Shown here: piece after piece, positions 7,124 to 15,160 of the stretch
Layout: every line of letters begins with the position of its first letter
Numbering within the stretch: position 1 is the stretch's first letter
Assembly (NCBI GenBank): GCA_034408725.1
Contig: JAWXCN010000239.1
Location: 1-18,339, forward strand
Length of the DNA: 18,339 nt
Source: Candidatus Hydrogenedentota bacterium
GTDB lineage: Bacteria > Hydrogenedentota > Hydrogenedentia > Hydrogenedentales > SLHB01
Reading direction: 5' to 3'
The notes under the pieces: model-generated
Databases searched by the model: none
What the model saw: the letters and a program-made list of their open reading frames with translations, nothing else
Told to the model about the DNA's origin: nothing
Position numbers and translations under genes: made by a program

Positions 7124-7726
7124 TCAACCCAGCCTGGTGCGGCCTTGAAGGGCGTGGGACAAGGTAAGACCGTCGGCGAGTTCGAGACCGCTGCCCATGG
7201 GCACGCCGTGGGCAATGCGTGTGACATTGACGCCGGCGCCTTCCAGACGTTTTGCGAGGTAGAGCGCGGTGGACTCGCCTTCCGCCGTCGAATTGGTGGC
7301 AACGATCACTTCGGTCACGCCGCCTTCGGCTACGCGGCGCGCGAGCCTTTCGAAAGTGAGTTCGTCAGGGCCAATGCCGTCGAGCGGATTAATCGCGCCG
7401 TTCAATACGTGATAAAGCCCGCGAAACGTGCCGCCTCTTTCGATTGCGAATGTGCCAGCGGGACGTTCTACAACGCAGATAATGGAATGGTCGCGCGAGG
7501 GGTTTGCGCAGATCGGGCAGGGATCGCTTTCGGTGAGCGTGCAACAAACGGAGCAGGTGGTGATGCGTTCGCGCGCATTGCGTAGCGCGTCGCTCAATTC
7601 CCGTGCTTCATCCGCGGGCGCGCTGAGAATGTGCAACGCATAGCGTTCCGCGGTGCGTTTGCCGACACCGGGCAATCTGCGAAAGGCTTCAACAAGCCGC
7701 TCAACTGACGGCGACTCGAATAACAC
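7124..7726 (-). CDS. recR: Recombination mediator RecR
   Basis: LPGVGKRTAER HhH, CSVC...CPIC zinc finger, ICVVE, YHVLNGAINPLDGIGPDEL, ATNSTAEGESTA and RIAHGVPMG. Confidence 0.98.
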   Translation of the reverse strand: MLFESPSVERLVEAFRRLPGVGKRTAERYALHILSAPADEARELSDALRNARERITTCSVCCTLTESDPCPICANPSRDHSIICVVERPAGTFAIERGGTFRGLYHVLNGAINPLDGIGPDELTFERLARRVAEGGVTEVIVATNSTAEGESTALYLAKRLEGAGVNVTRIAHGVPMGSGLELADGLTLSHALQGRTRLG

Positions 7727-7729
7727 CGT

Positions 7730-8245
7730 CTAACCTCGCGTGCCCGTTGCCAGGAGGCGGCCCCGGATATCTTCCCATTCCTGCATTTTGGCGTGCCGCG
7801 TCAAGACATCGACACGGTCCAGAATCAGGGCGCCATTGAGGTGATCAAATTCGTGCTGAATAATGCGCGCGAGAAAATCAGTGGCTTCAAAATCGACCGG
7901 CTCGCCTTTTTCATTCAAGGCGCGCACGTGAATCCGCGTCGCGCGCGGAACCTGCACATAAATTTCCGGCAGGCTCAAGCACCCTTCCTGACCCACGTCG
8001 CGGCCCTCGAGTTCGGTGATCTCGGGATTAATGAGGCACATTTTTTCGCCGTCGGGTTCGTGCAAGACGAAGAGCCGTTTTGCCACGCCGACCTGCGGCC
8101 CGGCTAGTCCGACGCCTTCACTCGCGTACATCGTCTCGAACATGTCTTCCACGAGCCGTTGTATCGCTGGGCCGACGCGGTCTATCGGGGCGGCGACCTG
8201 GGTCAACGGATCGTCGGGGTAAAACACGATGTTCAAGACGCTCAT
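7730..8245 (-). CDS. def: Peptide deformylase
   Basis: GVGLAGPQVG, EGCLS and QHEFDHLNG motifs. Confidence 0.98.
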   Translation of the reverse strand: MSVLNIVFYPDDPLTQVAAPIDRVGPAIQRLVEDMFETMYASEGVGLAGPQVGVAKRLFVLHEPDGEKMCLINPEITELEGRDVGQEGCLSLPEIYVQVPRATRIHVRALNEKGEPVDFEATDFLARIIQHEFDHLNGALILDRVDVLTRHAKMQEWEDIRGRLLATGTRG

Positions 8246-8315
8246 TCAACCTGCTCCACTGCGAGCGCGAATACGCTCAAAAAACCTTTTCAAGATTAGC
8301 ACACGGCGCAATGGC

Positions 8316-10397
8316 CTACAACAGCGGTTTCCCTTCTAAATCCGTGGGCACTGCCGCGCCAAGATAATGCAGCGCGGTGACACCCAAATCGATGATACCG
8401 GGCTTTTCAGTATTGATTTTTTTATTCGAGAAAAATATGCCTGGTGTGTTTGCCACGTCGGAACTGCCGTGTTCGCCGCTCCATTTGTCGTCGTTGATTT
8501 CCAACAAGGCTTCGGGCGCGGAGCCACTGACGGTTGCCTTGCTCGATTGGAATCCATCGGCATAGCCCAGTTGCAGGTCAGGCGCGTCCGCGGAGGCGGC
8601 CCCGGTGAAAACTTCTTTCGTATAGATAGCGTCGAACAATTTCTCGCCTGTTTCGGGATCGGTGAACGCAAGGAGTTTTTGCCGGATTTCGCCGGCCAAC
8701 GCATCGGCGTCTTCGGCGCTGACGATTCCTTGGCCTTCGCGTCCCTTCATGTTTATAAAGATGCTTCCAAGCCCAAGGCTATAGGCCCTCGATTTCGTCC
8801 AATCGAAACCGGACAAAAACGATTGATCCTTCGTCGTGTACGCGGTTGCCGGATCGGTCTGACCGACAACGTTCAAAAATCCGTTGCGCACGAGCCACGT
8901 ATTAACATTGAGGCCCTTGCGAAAACTCTTGAACCCGTGATCAGAGAGGATCATCAATAAATCATCGGGGGCAAGCTTGGCCATGACCTTGCCGACCGTA
9001 CCGTCCATTGCCTTATAGGTGTTCTCGACGGCACGACCGTATTGTTTTGCGCCTGCTTCCGTGTAGAGAGGATGTTTTTGATCGCGGAACCGCCAGAACA
9101 TATGCGATACGCGGTCGGGACCCGTCCACGCGGCGATGACCATGTCATGCACATTGCGATCCATCTCGTCCACGGTAAGACGCTCGTTCCATGTCATCGA
9201 ATTCGCTACGTCCTCGAGGAAAGCGTCGTCGGACAGCGCGTCCTTGCGCACCGCGTGCGTGTCGAACGACCATCCGATGGTTTTGAACAGGCCGTACTTA
9301 TCCATCAGTTCGGAGGAATACGTTTCCGGAGTGGATAACCGGATATAGGGCGCTTTCGGATGGAATTGCAGACATGCCATATAGACGTTGACCTGATCGC
9401 CGGCCTCCATAGCGTAGAACCGGCTGATGGCCTTCACCGTAAATTTGGGCGACACCTCAAAAGACCATTCAATCCATTTTGACCATTCGTTCTCGGCCAG
9501 CTCCAAGGTCTCTGCTGGCGTTTTTATGGACACCTTCTTTGCGCCGCGGTCCACGGTGAATTCGAGCGGGACTTGAACAAATCCTTCGGGCGACCCATAA
9601 GGTTTTAGTGGGTTGCGCGCACCCGGAATGGTTACCGACGCGACATTGTCCGTAAATGAGAGCGGAAGCAATATGCCGCCCGCGACATTTTCCGGCGCGG
9701 CATGAGACTCGGAAAACGAAAAATACGTGCTGTCCGTGCCACGAATATCCGTTACGCCCAGCCCGCAGAGCATGCACCCTTGGGCGAGGTCTTCCGCGGG
9801 AAACGCGAACGGCACCAACAACGCGGCGCATTTTAGTCCCTGTTGATCGGCGATTTTCCAGAAGGAATCGCCTTTGCGCAATGAAACGAATTTTGCGGGC
9901 TCTGTCACTGCGCCATCCGGGCCAAGCTTTGCATGTTCGGACGACCCGAAGCCCTTCCTCGGGCCATACCTCGACGGGTCGCGCGTTATAAAATCATATA
10001 TTCCGTGCGCGCCGGTGTTCTTGCACGTCGCAAACGACGACCACGCGGATGGAGATTGAGGCGGAATCGCCGAAGTCAGACGCGCATACGATCCTGTATC
10101 ACGCAGCTTCGCGAGGTTTGGCAACTCTCCCGCATCGAGCATCGTGTCGACGATCGTGGGTTCGACGCCGTCAAAACCGAGGATGACGACCCTGCCTTTC
10201 TTCACTCCGGCAGGCGCGATAGGCGCAGCCTGCTTCGGTGCATTGGCCGCGACTTGCGCAGCCGGGGATTCAGTGGGCGCGCCAATCGCGTTGGCCGATT
10301 GCGCGCCGCCACTTCCAAAGAAAACTACCGCTAGGCCTAGCGCAAGTAATAGCATCAGGACCAGGGTGAGTAATAGCATTTTAGGGTTGGGCTGCAT
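8316..10397 (-). CDS. Membrane-anchored alkaline-phosphatase-superfamily protein (type I phosphodiesterase/nucleotide pyrophosphatase); start revised to ATG 10397
   Basis: N-terminal TM helix. ILGFDG, PPQSPSAWSSFAT (Ser nucleophile), DRVSH, SDHG and WSGEH metal-ligand motifs. AAGGA precedes ATG 10397. Confidence 0.88.
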   Translation of the reverse strand: MQPNPKMLLLTLVLMLLLALGLAVVFFGSGGAQSANAIGAPTESPAAQVAANAPKQAAPIAPAGVKKGRVVILGFDGVEPTIVDTMLDAGELPNLAKLRDTGSYARLTSAIPPQSPSAWSSFATCKNTGAHGIYDFITRDPSRYGPRKGFGSSEHAKLGPDGAVTEPAKFVSLRKGDSFWKIADQQGLKCAALLVPFAFPAEDLAQGCMLCGLGVTDIRGTDSTYFSFSESHAAPENVAGGILLPLSFTDNVASVTIPGARNPLKPYGSPEGFVQVPLEFTVDRGAKKVSIKTPAETLELAENEWSKWIEWSFEVSPKFTVKAISRFYAMEAGDQVNVYMACLQFHPKAPYIRLSTPETYSSELMDKYGLFKTIGWSFDTHAVRKDALSDDAFLEDVANSMTWNERLTVDEMDRNVHDMVIAAWTGPDRVSHMFWRFRDQKHPLYTEAGAKQYGRAVENTYKAMDGTVGKVMAKLAPDDLLMILSDHGFKSFRKGLNVNTWLVRNGFLNVVGQTDPATAYTTKDQSFLSGFDWTKSRAYSLGLGSIFINMKGREGQGIVSAEDADALAGEIRQKLLAFTDPETGEKLFDAIYTKEVFTGAASADAPDLQLGYADGFQSSKATVSGSAPEALLEINDDKWSGEHGSSDVANTPGIFFSNKKINTEKPGIIDLGVTALHYLGAAVPTDLEGKPLL

Positions 10398-10555
10398 GAA
10401 TAATTCATCCTTCAATCAGTATTTGCCTTCGGAATGGCCCCGAGTATATCAGTCAAACAGCCGGGTTGCACGCAACAAGGGCGTGTGATTACCATAGTGC
10501 CGTGTCTTAATAAGGTGTGGCATATCAATCGATTTTTTTGGGGAGGAATCGTATC

Positions 10556-10999
10556 GTGCAAAGCAAGGCTTTTCTAAATCTGTGCATTTGTTTGTTTGCG
10601 ATGGCAGTCGCTGTGGGCTGTGCCACGACGGGCGGTGGCGACGCCGCTGCCCAGAAACCTGCTGACGACAAGGCGGCCATCACGAAAGTCCTCAACGACT
10701 GGGGTGCGGCGCTCGCGACGAAAAACATCGACACCATCGTTACCTTCTACTCCGACAGCTTTTCAGATTCCGACGGCCGCGGCAAGCCGGAGATGAAAGG
10801 CTTCCTTCAGGAGGTCATCGACGCGGGTTATCTCGACGGCGCCAAGGTGGACCTTACGACAACGGTAATCACGGTCAACGGCGATCAAGCGACGGCGACT
10901 CCCGTGAATCTTTCCGGTGACATGGGCGCAATTCCGCTGTCGTTAACCTTGAAAAAAGAAGCGGCTGGCTGGCGCATCGCCAGCAGCAGCCAGGGTTAG
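10556..10999 (+). CDS. Lipoprotein with an NTF2/SnoaL-like domain (start revised to GTG 10556)
   Basis: GGGAGG RBS at 10541-10546, lipobox AVG|C, and an NTF2-like pattern: AITKVLNDWGAAL..KNIDTIVTFYSDSF...LKKEAAGWRI. Confidence 0.8.
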   Translation: MQSKAFLNLCICLFAMAVAVGCATTGGGDAAAQKPADDKAAITKVLNDWGAALATKNIDTIVTFYSDSFSDSDGRGKPEMKGFLQEVIDAGYLDGAKVDLTTTVITVNGDQATATPVNLSGDMGAIPLSLTLKKEAAGWRIASSSQG

Positions 11000-11019
11000 C
11001 ACGCAGACGATTATTTTTG

Positions 11020-11052
11020 GAGCACCCCCGCGTTTGCCGCGCGGGGGTGTTC
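11020..11052 (+). terminator. Strong GC hairpin (terminator or attenuator-like)
   Basis: gagcacccccgcg / cgcgggggtgttc 13-bp stem with G-U pairs, 20 nt after the stop. The U-tail is weak (gtatt). Confidence 0.55.
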
Positions 11053-11093
11053 GTATTCAGGCGCAACATTTTCACGGCGGAAGGAATGGAATC

Positions 11094-11852
11094 ATGCGGT
11101 TGAAGGATAAAGTGGCGATCATCACCGGCGCGGGTCTCGGCATGGGCCGCGAGGCCTCGCTGTTGTTCACCACGGAAGGCGCCAGCGTCGTTGTATTCGA
11201 CATGAACGCGGAATCGGGCAATGAAACCGTCGCGCTCATTAAAAAGGCGGGTGGCGCCGCCGTTTTTGTTCAAGGCGACGCGAGCAAGGAAAGCGATGTT
11301 AGGACCGGAATTGATGAGGCGGTGAAGAACTTCGGCAAGCTGGATATCCTGTATGCAAATGCCGGCGTGCTCTGGAAGGACCGAGACAAGTCCGTGATCG
11401 ATACGACGGAGGAAAATTGGGACAAGGTCCAGGCTATCAATCTGAAGGGCCCGTTTTTCCTTACCAAGCACGGTATACCCGCGTTGCGCAATGCTGGCGG
11501 CGGCTCGATTATTCTGGTTGGATCAATTTCCGCATTGGCAGGGTTTACGCTCGCGCAGGATTCGTACACCTGTGCAAAAGGCGCGCTCATCTCTCTTTGT
11601 AAATCACTCGCCATACAATTCGCGCCGGAACAGATTCGCTGCAACATCATCCACCCCGGTTTCATCGATACACCGTTGCAGGCGCCTTATCTAAATGAAC
11701 AAAAGCGCACCGCGATTGCGAGCGAGATTCCGATGCGCAGGCTAGGCAACGCGCGGGACATCGCCAACGCCGCCCTCTTCCTCGCATCCGATGAATCGGC
11801 GTGGATGACCGGTGCGGAAATGGTGGTGGATGGCGGGTTCCTGGCTATGTAA
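11094..11852 (+). CDS. Classical SDR oxidoreductase, FabG/glucose-dehydrogenase-like (start revised to ATG 11094)
   Basis: MRLKDKVAIITGAGLGMG, NAG, YTCAK, PGFIDT and VDGG. AAGGA upstream. Confidence 0.93.
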   Translation: MRLKDKVAIITGAGLGMGREASLLFTTEGASVVVFDMNAESGNETVALIKKAGGAAVFVQGDASKESDVRTGIDEAVKNFGKLDILYANAGVLWKDRDKSVIDTTEENWDKVQAINLKGPFFLTKHGIPALRNAGGGSIILVGSISALAGFTLAQDSYTCAKGALISLCKSLAIQFAPEQIRCNIIHPGFIDTPLQAPYLNEQKRTAIASEIPMRRLGNARDIANAALFLASDESAWMTGAEMVVDGGFLAM

Positions 11853-11856
11853 GGGA

Positions 11857-11878
11857 GGGCGCGTGGGGACACGCGCCC
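11857..11878. repeat. Perfect 9-bp hairpin between convergent genes (REP-like or terminator)
   Basis: gggcgcgtg-ggga-cacgcgccc. Confidence 0.5.
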
Positions 11879-11912
11879 ACCCGGTATCAGCGCGCGGGGA
11901 GGCGCGTTGTAC

Positions 11913-12122
11913 CTATACTTTTTTTATGTGGCCGCGGCATTGAATCATGGGTAATCGCGGGTATTTTGGAAATGATTTGTCTTCATCCGATTTGCCGCAA
12001 CGCCAATAGGAGTGGCCTCCATGTGGATGGGGCAGCACCCGGGCATGAACACATGTGGCGCACAGGCCGACCCTGGCCTTCTCGATTTCCGAATCGTCTG
12101 ATTCTCCGGGTTCCATGTACAT
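11913..12122 (-). CDS. Small hypothetical 4-Cys (probable metal-binding) protein
   Basis: GLCATCVHAR...YWRC..S..D..FPKYPRLP...C.G: CxxC plus two further Cys. It fills an otherwise empty intergenic space and resembles a conserved small hypothetical family. The start could be 12122 or 12116. Confidence 0.75.
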   Translation of the reverse strand: MYMEPGESDDSEIEKARVGLCATCVHARVLPHPHGGHSYWRCGKSDEDKSFPKYPRLPMIQCRGHIKKV

Positions 12123-12250
12123 TCACCCGTCCGCTGCAGTTATTGAGGCCATTCGACCAGCCTACGTGTTAAACTCCCGGAATCCAATCCCGTAGTACCT
12201 GGAGTCTAATGCTTGCCTGGTAATTGGCGTGAGCCTGGTTCGACGCAAGG

Positions 12251-15127
12251 ATGTACTTTGTGAAAAGAGCAGTTCTGAGTTTCCTGGTGGCTGCCGCTCT
12301 GGTGGGCGTTGGCATCGGCGCGTATTGGGCGACAACGCGCCGGCCAGCCGAATCGCCTCGGGCGCAGACACCTGTCACGAATGTACCGGACACGCCAGCA
12401 AGCACACCGGATGTAAAGGCAACTTCCACTCCGGACAACCTCGTCCGCGTTTTCGGTGCGGTGACTGATGCCGCGACTGGCGCGGTGATTGAAGGAGCAC
12501 AGGTGCGCGCGCGGCGGGAGGGTCCGCAAGAGGATGGCGATGCGCCGGAGCCCGCGGAATCACTGAGCGACGTGAGCGGTGTGTTCGAGGTGCGCGTCGA
12601 GCCAGGCGTTTATAACGCGATTCTTTGCAGCGCACCGGGCTATACCCGGCAGCGAAACACGTTGCGCACGGAGAATCGCAGCGAGTTGCGGATCGACTTC
12701 CAACTCATGCGCGGCGGCACTATCTCCGGGATGATTTCAGACAAAGGCACCCAAAAACCGATTGAAGGGATTGGCGTCGAATTGGTCGGCGCACAGGAAA
12801 ACGTCATGGAACGGTTGCAGTCGCGCGGGCAGGACCCAAGCCGGCGAGCACAATCGCAACCAGACGGAAGCTACGCGCTTGATGGAGTCCCACCGGGGTC
12901 GTACCGGTTGGCCCTAAGCATGCGGGACAGCGGCTACCTCTATAAGCCAGAGGACACAGTCCCAATTGAAGTTTCTGCGGGAAGCATCATTTCGGACGTA
13001 AATTTTACTCTGGAACGCGGGGCGGAGGTGTCGGGCACTGTCATAGACACGAATGGAACACCCGTGGCAAACGCGCTGGTGACGGCCATGCCGGCACAGA
13101 TGATTCAACGCACGATGCGGCGCATGAACGCCGGTCTACTCATGGATATTGAGCCGGGAAATGCGCGCACGGACGAAACTGGCGCGTTCACCGTGCGCGG
13201 ATTGGAAATCGAGCCGGAATATCGCATGCTCGGACATGCGGACGGATACGCGGACGCGACAAGCGAGCCATTCACAATCGGACGCAATGTTTCCGCGCCT
13301 CATCTCACCATTACCTTGGGCCGCGGGAGCGCGATGTCTGGGACCGCGAAAAAGGTTGATGGTGCGCCTGCCGCGAACGCGGAACTCATGCTCGTCCCTG
13401 ACTCCGGGGAAGGTTGGACAGGTTTCAATGGTCCGAGGACGGTCCGCGCGGCTGATGATGGCACGTTTACGCTGGAGCATATTCCCGCGGGGGCGTATTG
13501 GCTGAGGCCTCAAGCCGACTTTGGCGGCGGCATGATTGCCAGCCGTTCGGCGCGGACACGAAGCAAGGCTTTGCGCGTGGAAGTGGATGGAAAGACGGAC
13601 ATCACGGGCCTTGAAGTCATCGTTGCCGATGAAGAAACGAAAGATGAACCGGCGCAGGGTACTATTCGCGGAACCGTCGTGCGGGACAATGATACGCCTG
13701 CCGCGGACGTGCGAGTCGAAGCACGCGCGGTCGGAAATCCAGGGCGAAGTTATGGCGCAACAACTGCCGCGGACGGCACGTTTGAACTAACAGATCTGCG
13801 TGGGCCTGCTTTCGATTTAAGCGTATCGTCGGATGAGGGCATTGCGAATCAACCGGCGGTGGCCGTTGGCGCGACGGTGACCTTGCAATTGACGCCGCCG
13901 GCGTCGATTAGCGGTCATGTCACCGACCTCGCCGGCGATCCCGTGCCGAATGCCCGCGTGAGTTTGTCGAACGAGGGTGAGACCGGAAAAATATCGTCGT
14001 TCATTTCGATCATGCAAGGGATGTTTGGGGGCGAACCCGGCGGACAGCGCACGGACGGCAATGGTCATTTCGAGTTCACGAAACTTGCCCCGGGAGCGTA
14101 TGTCGTTAAGGCAGAGAGCGCTTCTAAAGGCAGTGCGGAATCGGCCATGACGCAAGTTGCGGCAGGCCAGGACGTGATGAACCTGCAGATACTCCTGAAT
14201 CCCGGTGTGAGTGTCGGCGGGACAGTTGCCGGGCCAGGTGGCGAACCCGTGCAGGGCGCAACGATACAACTTGCGCCGATGACGCAGGATCTGGCGGCGA
14301 ATCTCGTGTCTGAATTCATTCCGGCCGGTGTATTGAAGACGGCTGGAACAACTTCATCTGCCGCGGACGGTGGCTTCAGCATTCCGCAAGTTGCGCCGGG
14401 GACGTACAGGCTGGTGGTATCGCATGGCAATTATGCGAAGACCGTTGTGCAAGGGTTCAGCGTTTCGCCCGGACAGGACATTACCGGATATCGCGTGACG
14501 CTGGGCAAGGGCGGTGAAGCGCGCGGCACGTTCACGCTGGATGGAAAGCCGCGGCCTGGCGCGATGATCGTGATGCTCAGTGAGTCTGGCGTCGAACTTG
14601 TGCAGACCGACAGCCAGGGCCGGTTTCAGGTATCGGGTCTCACGTCGGGACCGCACATGATCGCTGCGTTTGATCCTTCTCGCATTGGCTCGATGGGCGA
14701 GGGCATGCAGTTTAATCCTGAAGTTGTCGATATTGCGGAGGGACAGACCGAAGATATCTCGCTCGGCGGAGTTGGCGGCGTCGAGGTGTCCGGCATGATC
14801 AATGGCGATCTTGGCACGCTCACACTGGTCGCTCTGCGCAAGCCCGATGGCACACCGCTCGAAGGACTCGACCTTACGAATTTCGCGAACCTGCTCGAAT
14901 CGTTTAGATCGCTCGGTGGGCAGACGATGGTGGGACCCGACGGCAGTTTCGCGCTCGACAATGTCCCGCCCGGCAGTTACACACTTGAGGTGTATTCGAT
15001 GGACTTTGACGAGTCTAATCCCGATATCACTGCCTTGCTCAATCTTCCCCGCACGCCTGTCCATCGCCAACCTATCGAGATTGGAGTGGATTCACAACCT
15101 GTTCAAATCGATCTGCCGGCGCCGTGA
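12251..15127 (+). CDS. Secreted or membrane-anchored protein with about 9 carboxypeptidase-regulatory-like (CarboxypepD_reg) beta-sandwich repeats
   Basis: N-terminal TM/signal, Pro/Thr-rich linker, and recurring (I/V)SG.V.D..G.P(V/I)..A.V ... T(D)..G.F.(L/I)..(L/V)..G.Y.L modules. Confidence 0.88.
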   Translation: MYFVKRAVLSFLVAAALVGVGIGAYWATTRRPAESPRAQTPVTNVPDTPASTPDVKATSTPDNLVRVFGAVTDAATGAVIEGAQVRARREGPQEDGDAPEPAESLSDVSGVFEVRVEPGVYNAILCSAPGYTRQRNTLRTENRSELRIDFQLMRGGTISGMISDKGTQKPIEGIGVELVGAQENVMERLQSRGQDPSRRAQSQPDGSYALDGVPPGSYRLALSMRDSGYLYKPEDTVPIEVSAGSIISDVNFTLERGAEVSGTVIDTNGTPVANALVTAMPAQMIQRTMRRMNAGLLMDIEPGNARTDETGAFTVRGLEIEPEYRMLGHADGYADATSEPFTIGRNVSAPHLTITLGRGSAMSGTAKKVDGAPAANAELMLVPDSGEGWTGFNGPRTVRAADDGTFTLEHIPAGAYWLRPQADFGGGMIASRSARTRSKALRVEVDGKTDITGLEVIVADEETKDEPAQGTIRGTVVRDNDTPAADVRVEARAVGNPGRSYGATTAADGTFELTDLRGPAFDLSVSSDEGIANQPAVAVGATVTLQLTPPASISGHVTDLAGDPVPNARVSLSNEGETGKISSFISIMQGMFGGEPGGQRTDGNGHFEFTKLAPGAYVVKAESASKGSAESAMTQVAAGQDVMNLQILLNPGVSVGGTVAGPGGEPVQGATIQLAPMTQDLAANLVSEFIPAGVLKTAGTTSSAADGGFSIPQVAPGTYRLVVSHGNYAKTVVQGFSVSPGQDITGYRVTLGKGGEARGTFTLDGKPRPGAMIVMLSESGVELVQTDSQGRFQVSGLTSGPHMIAAFDPSRIGSMGEGMQFNPEVVDIAEGQTEDISLGGVGGVEVSGMINGDLGTLTLVALRKPDGTPLEGLDLTNFANLLESFRSLGGQTMVGPDGSFALDNVPPGSYTLEVYSMDFDESNPDITALLNLPRTPVHRQPIEIGVDSQPVQIDLPAP

Positions 15128-15160
15128 CAGGTTGCATTTCATGGTAGTGCATCCAGAACG

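Noticed and set aside
6954-7148. 64-aa + strand ORF
   Set aside because: It is the antisense shadow of the PIN fragment and the recR end.
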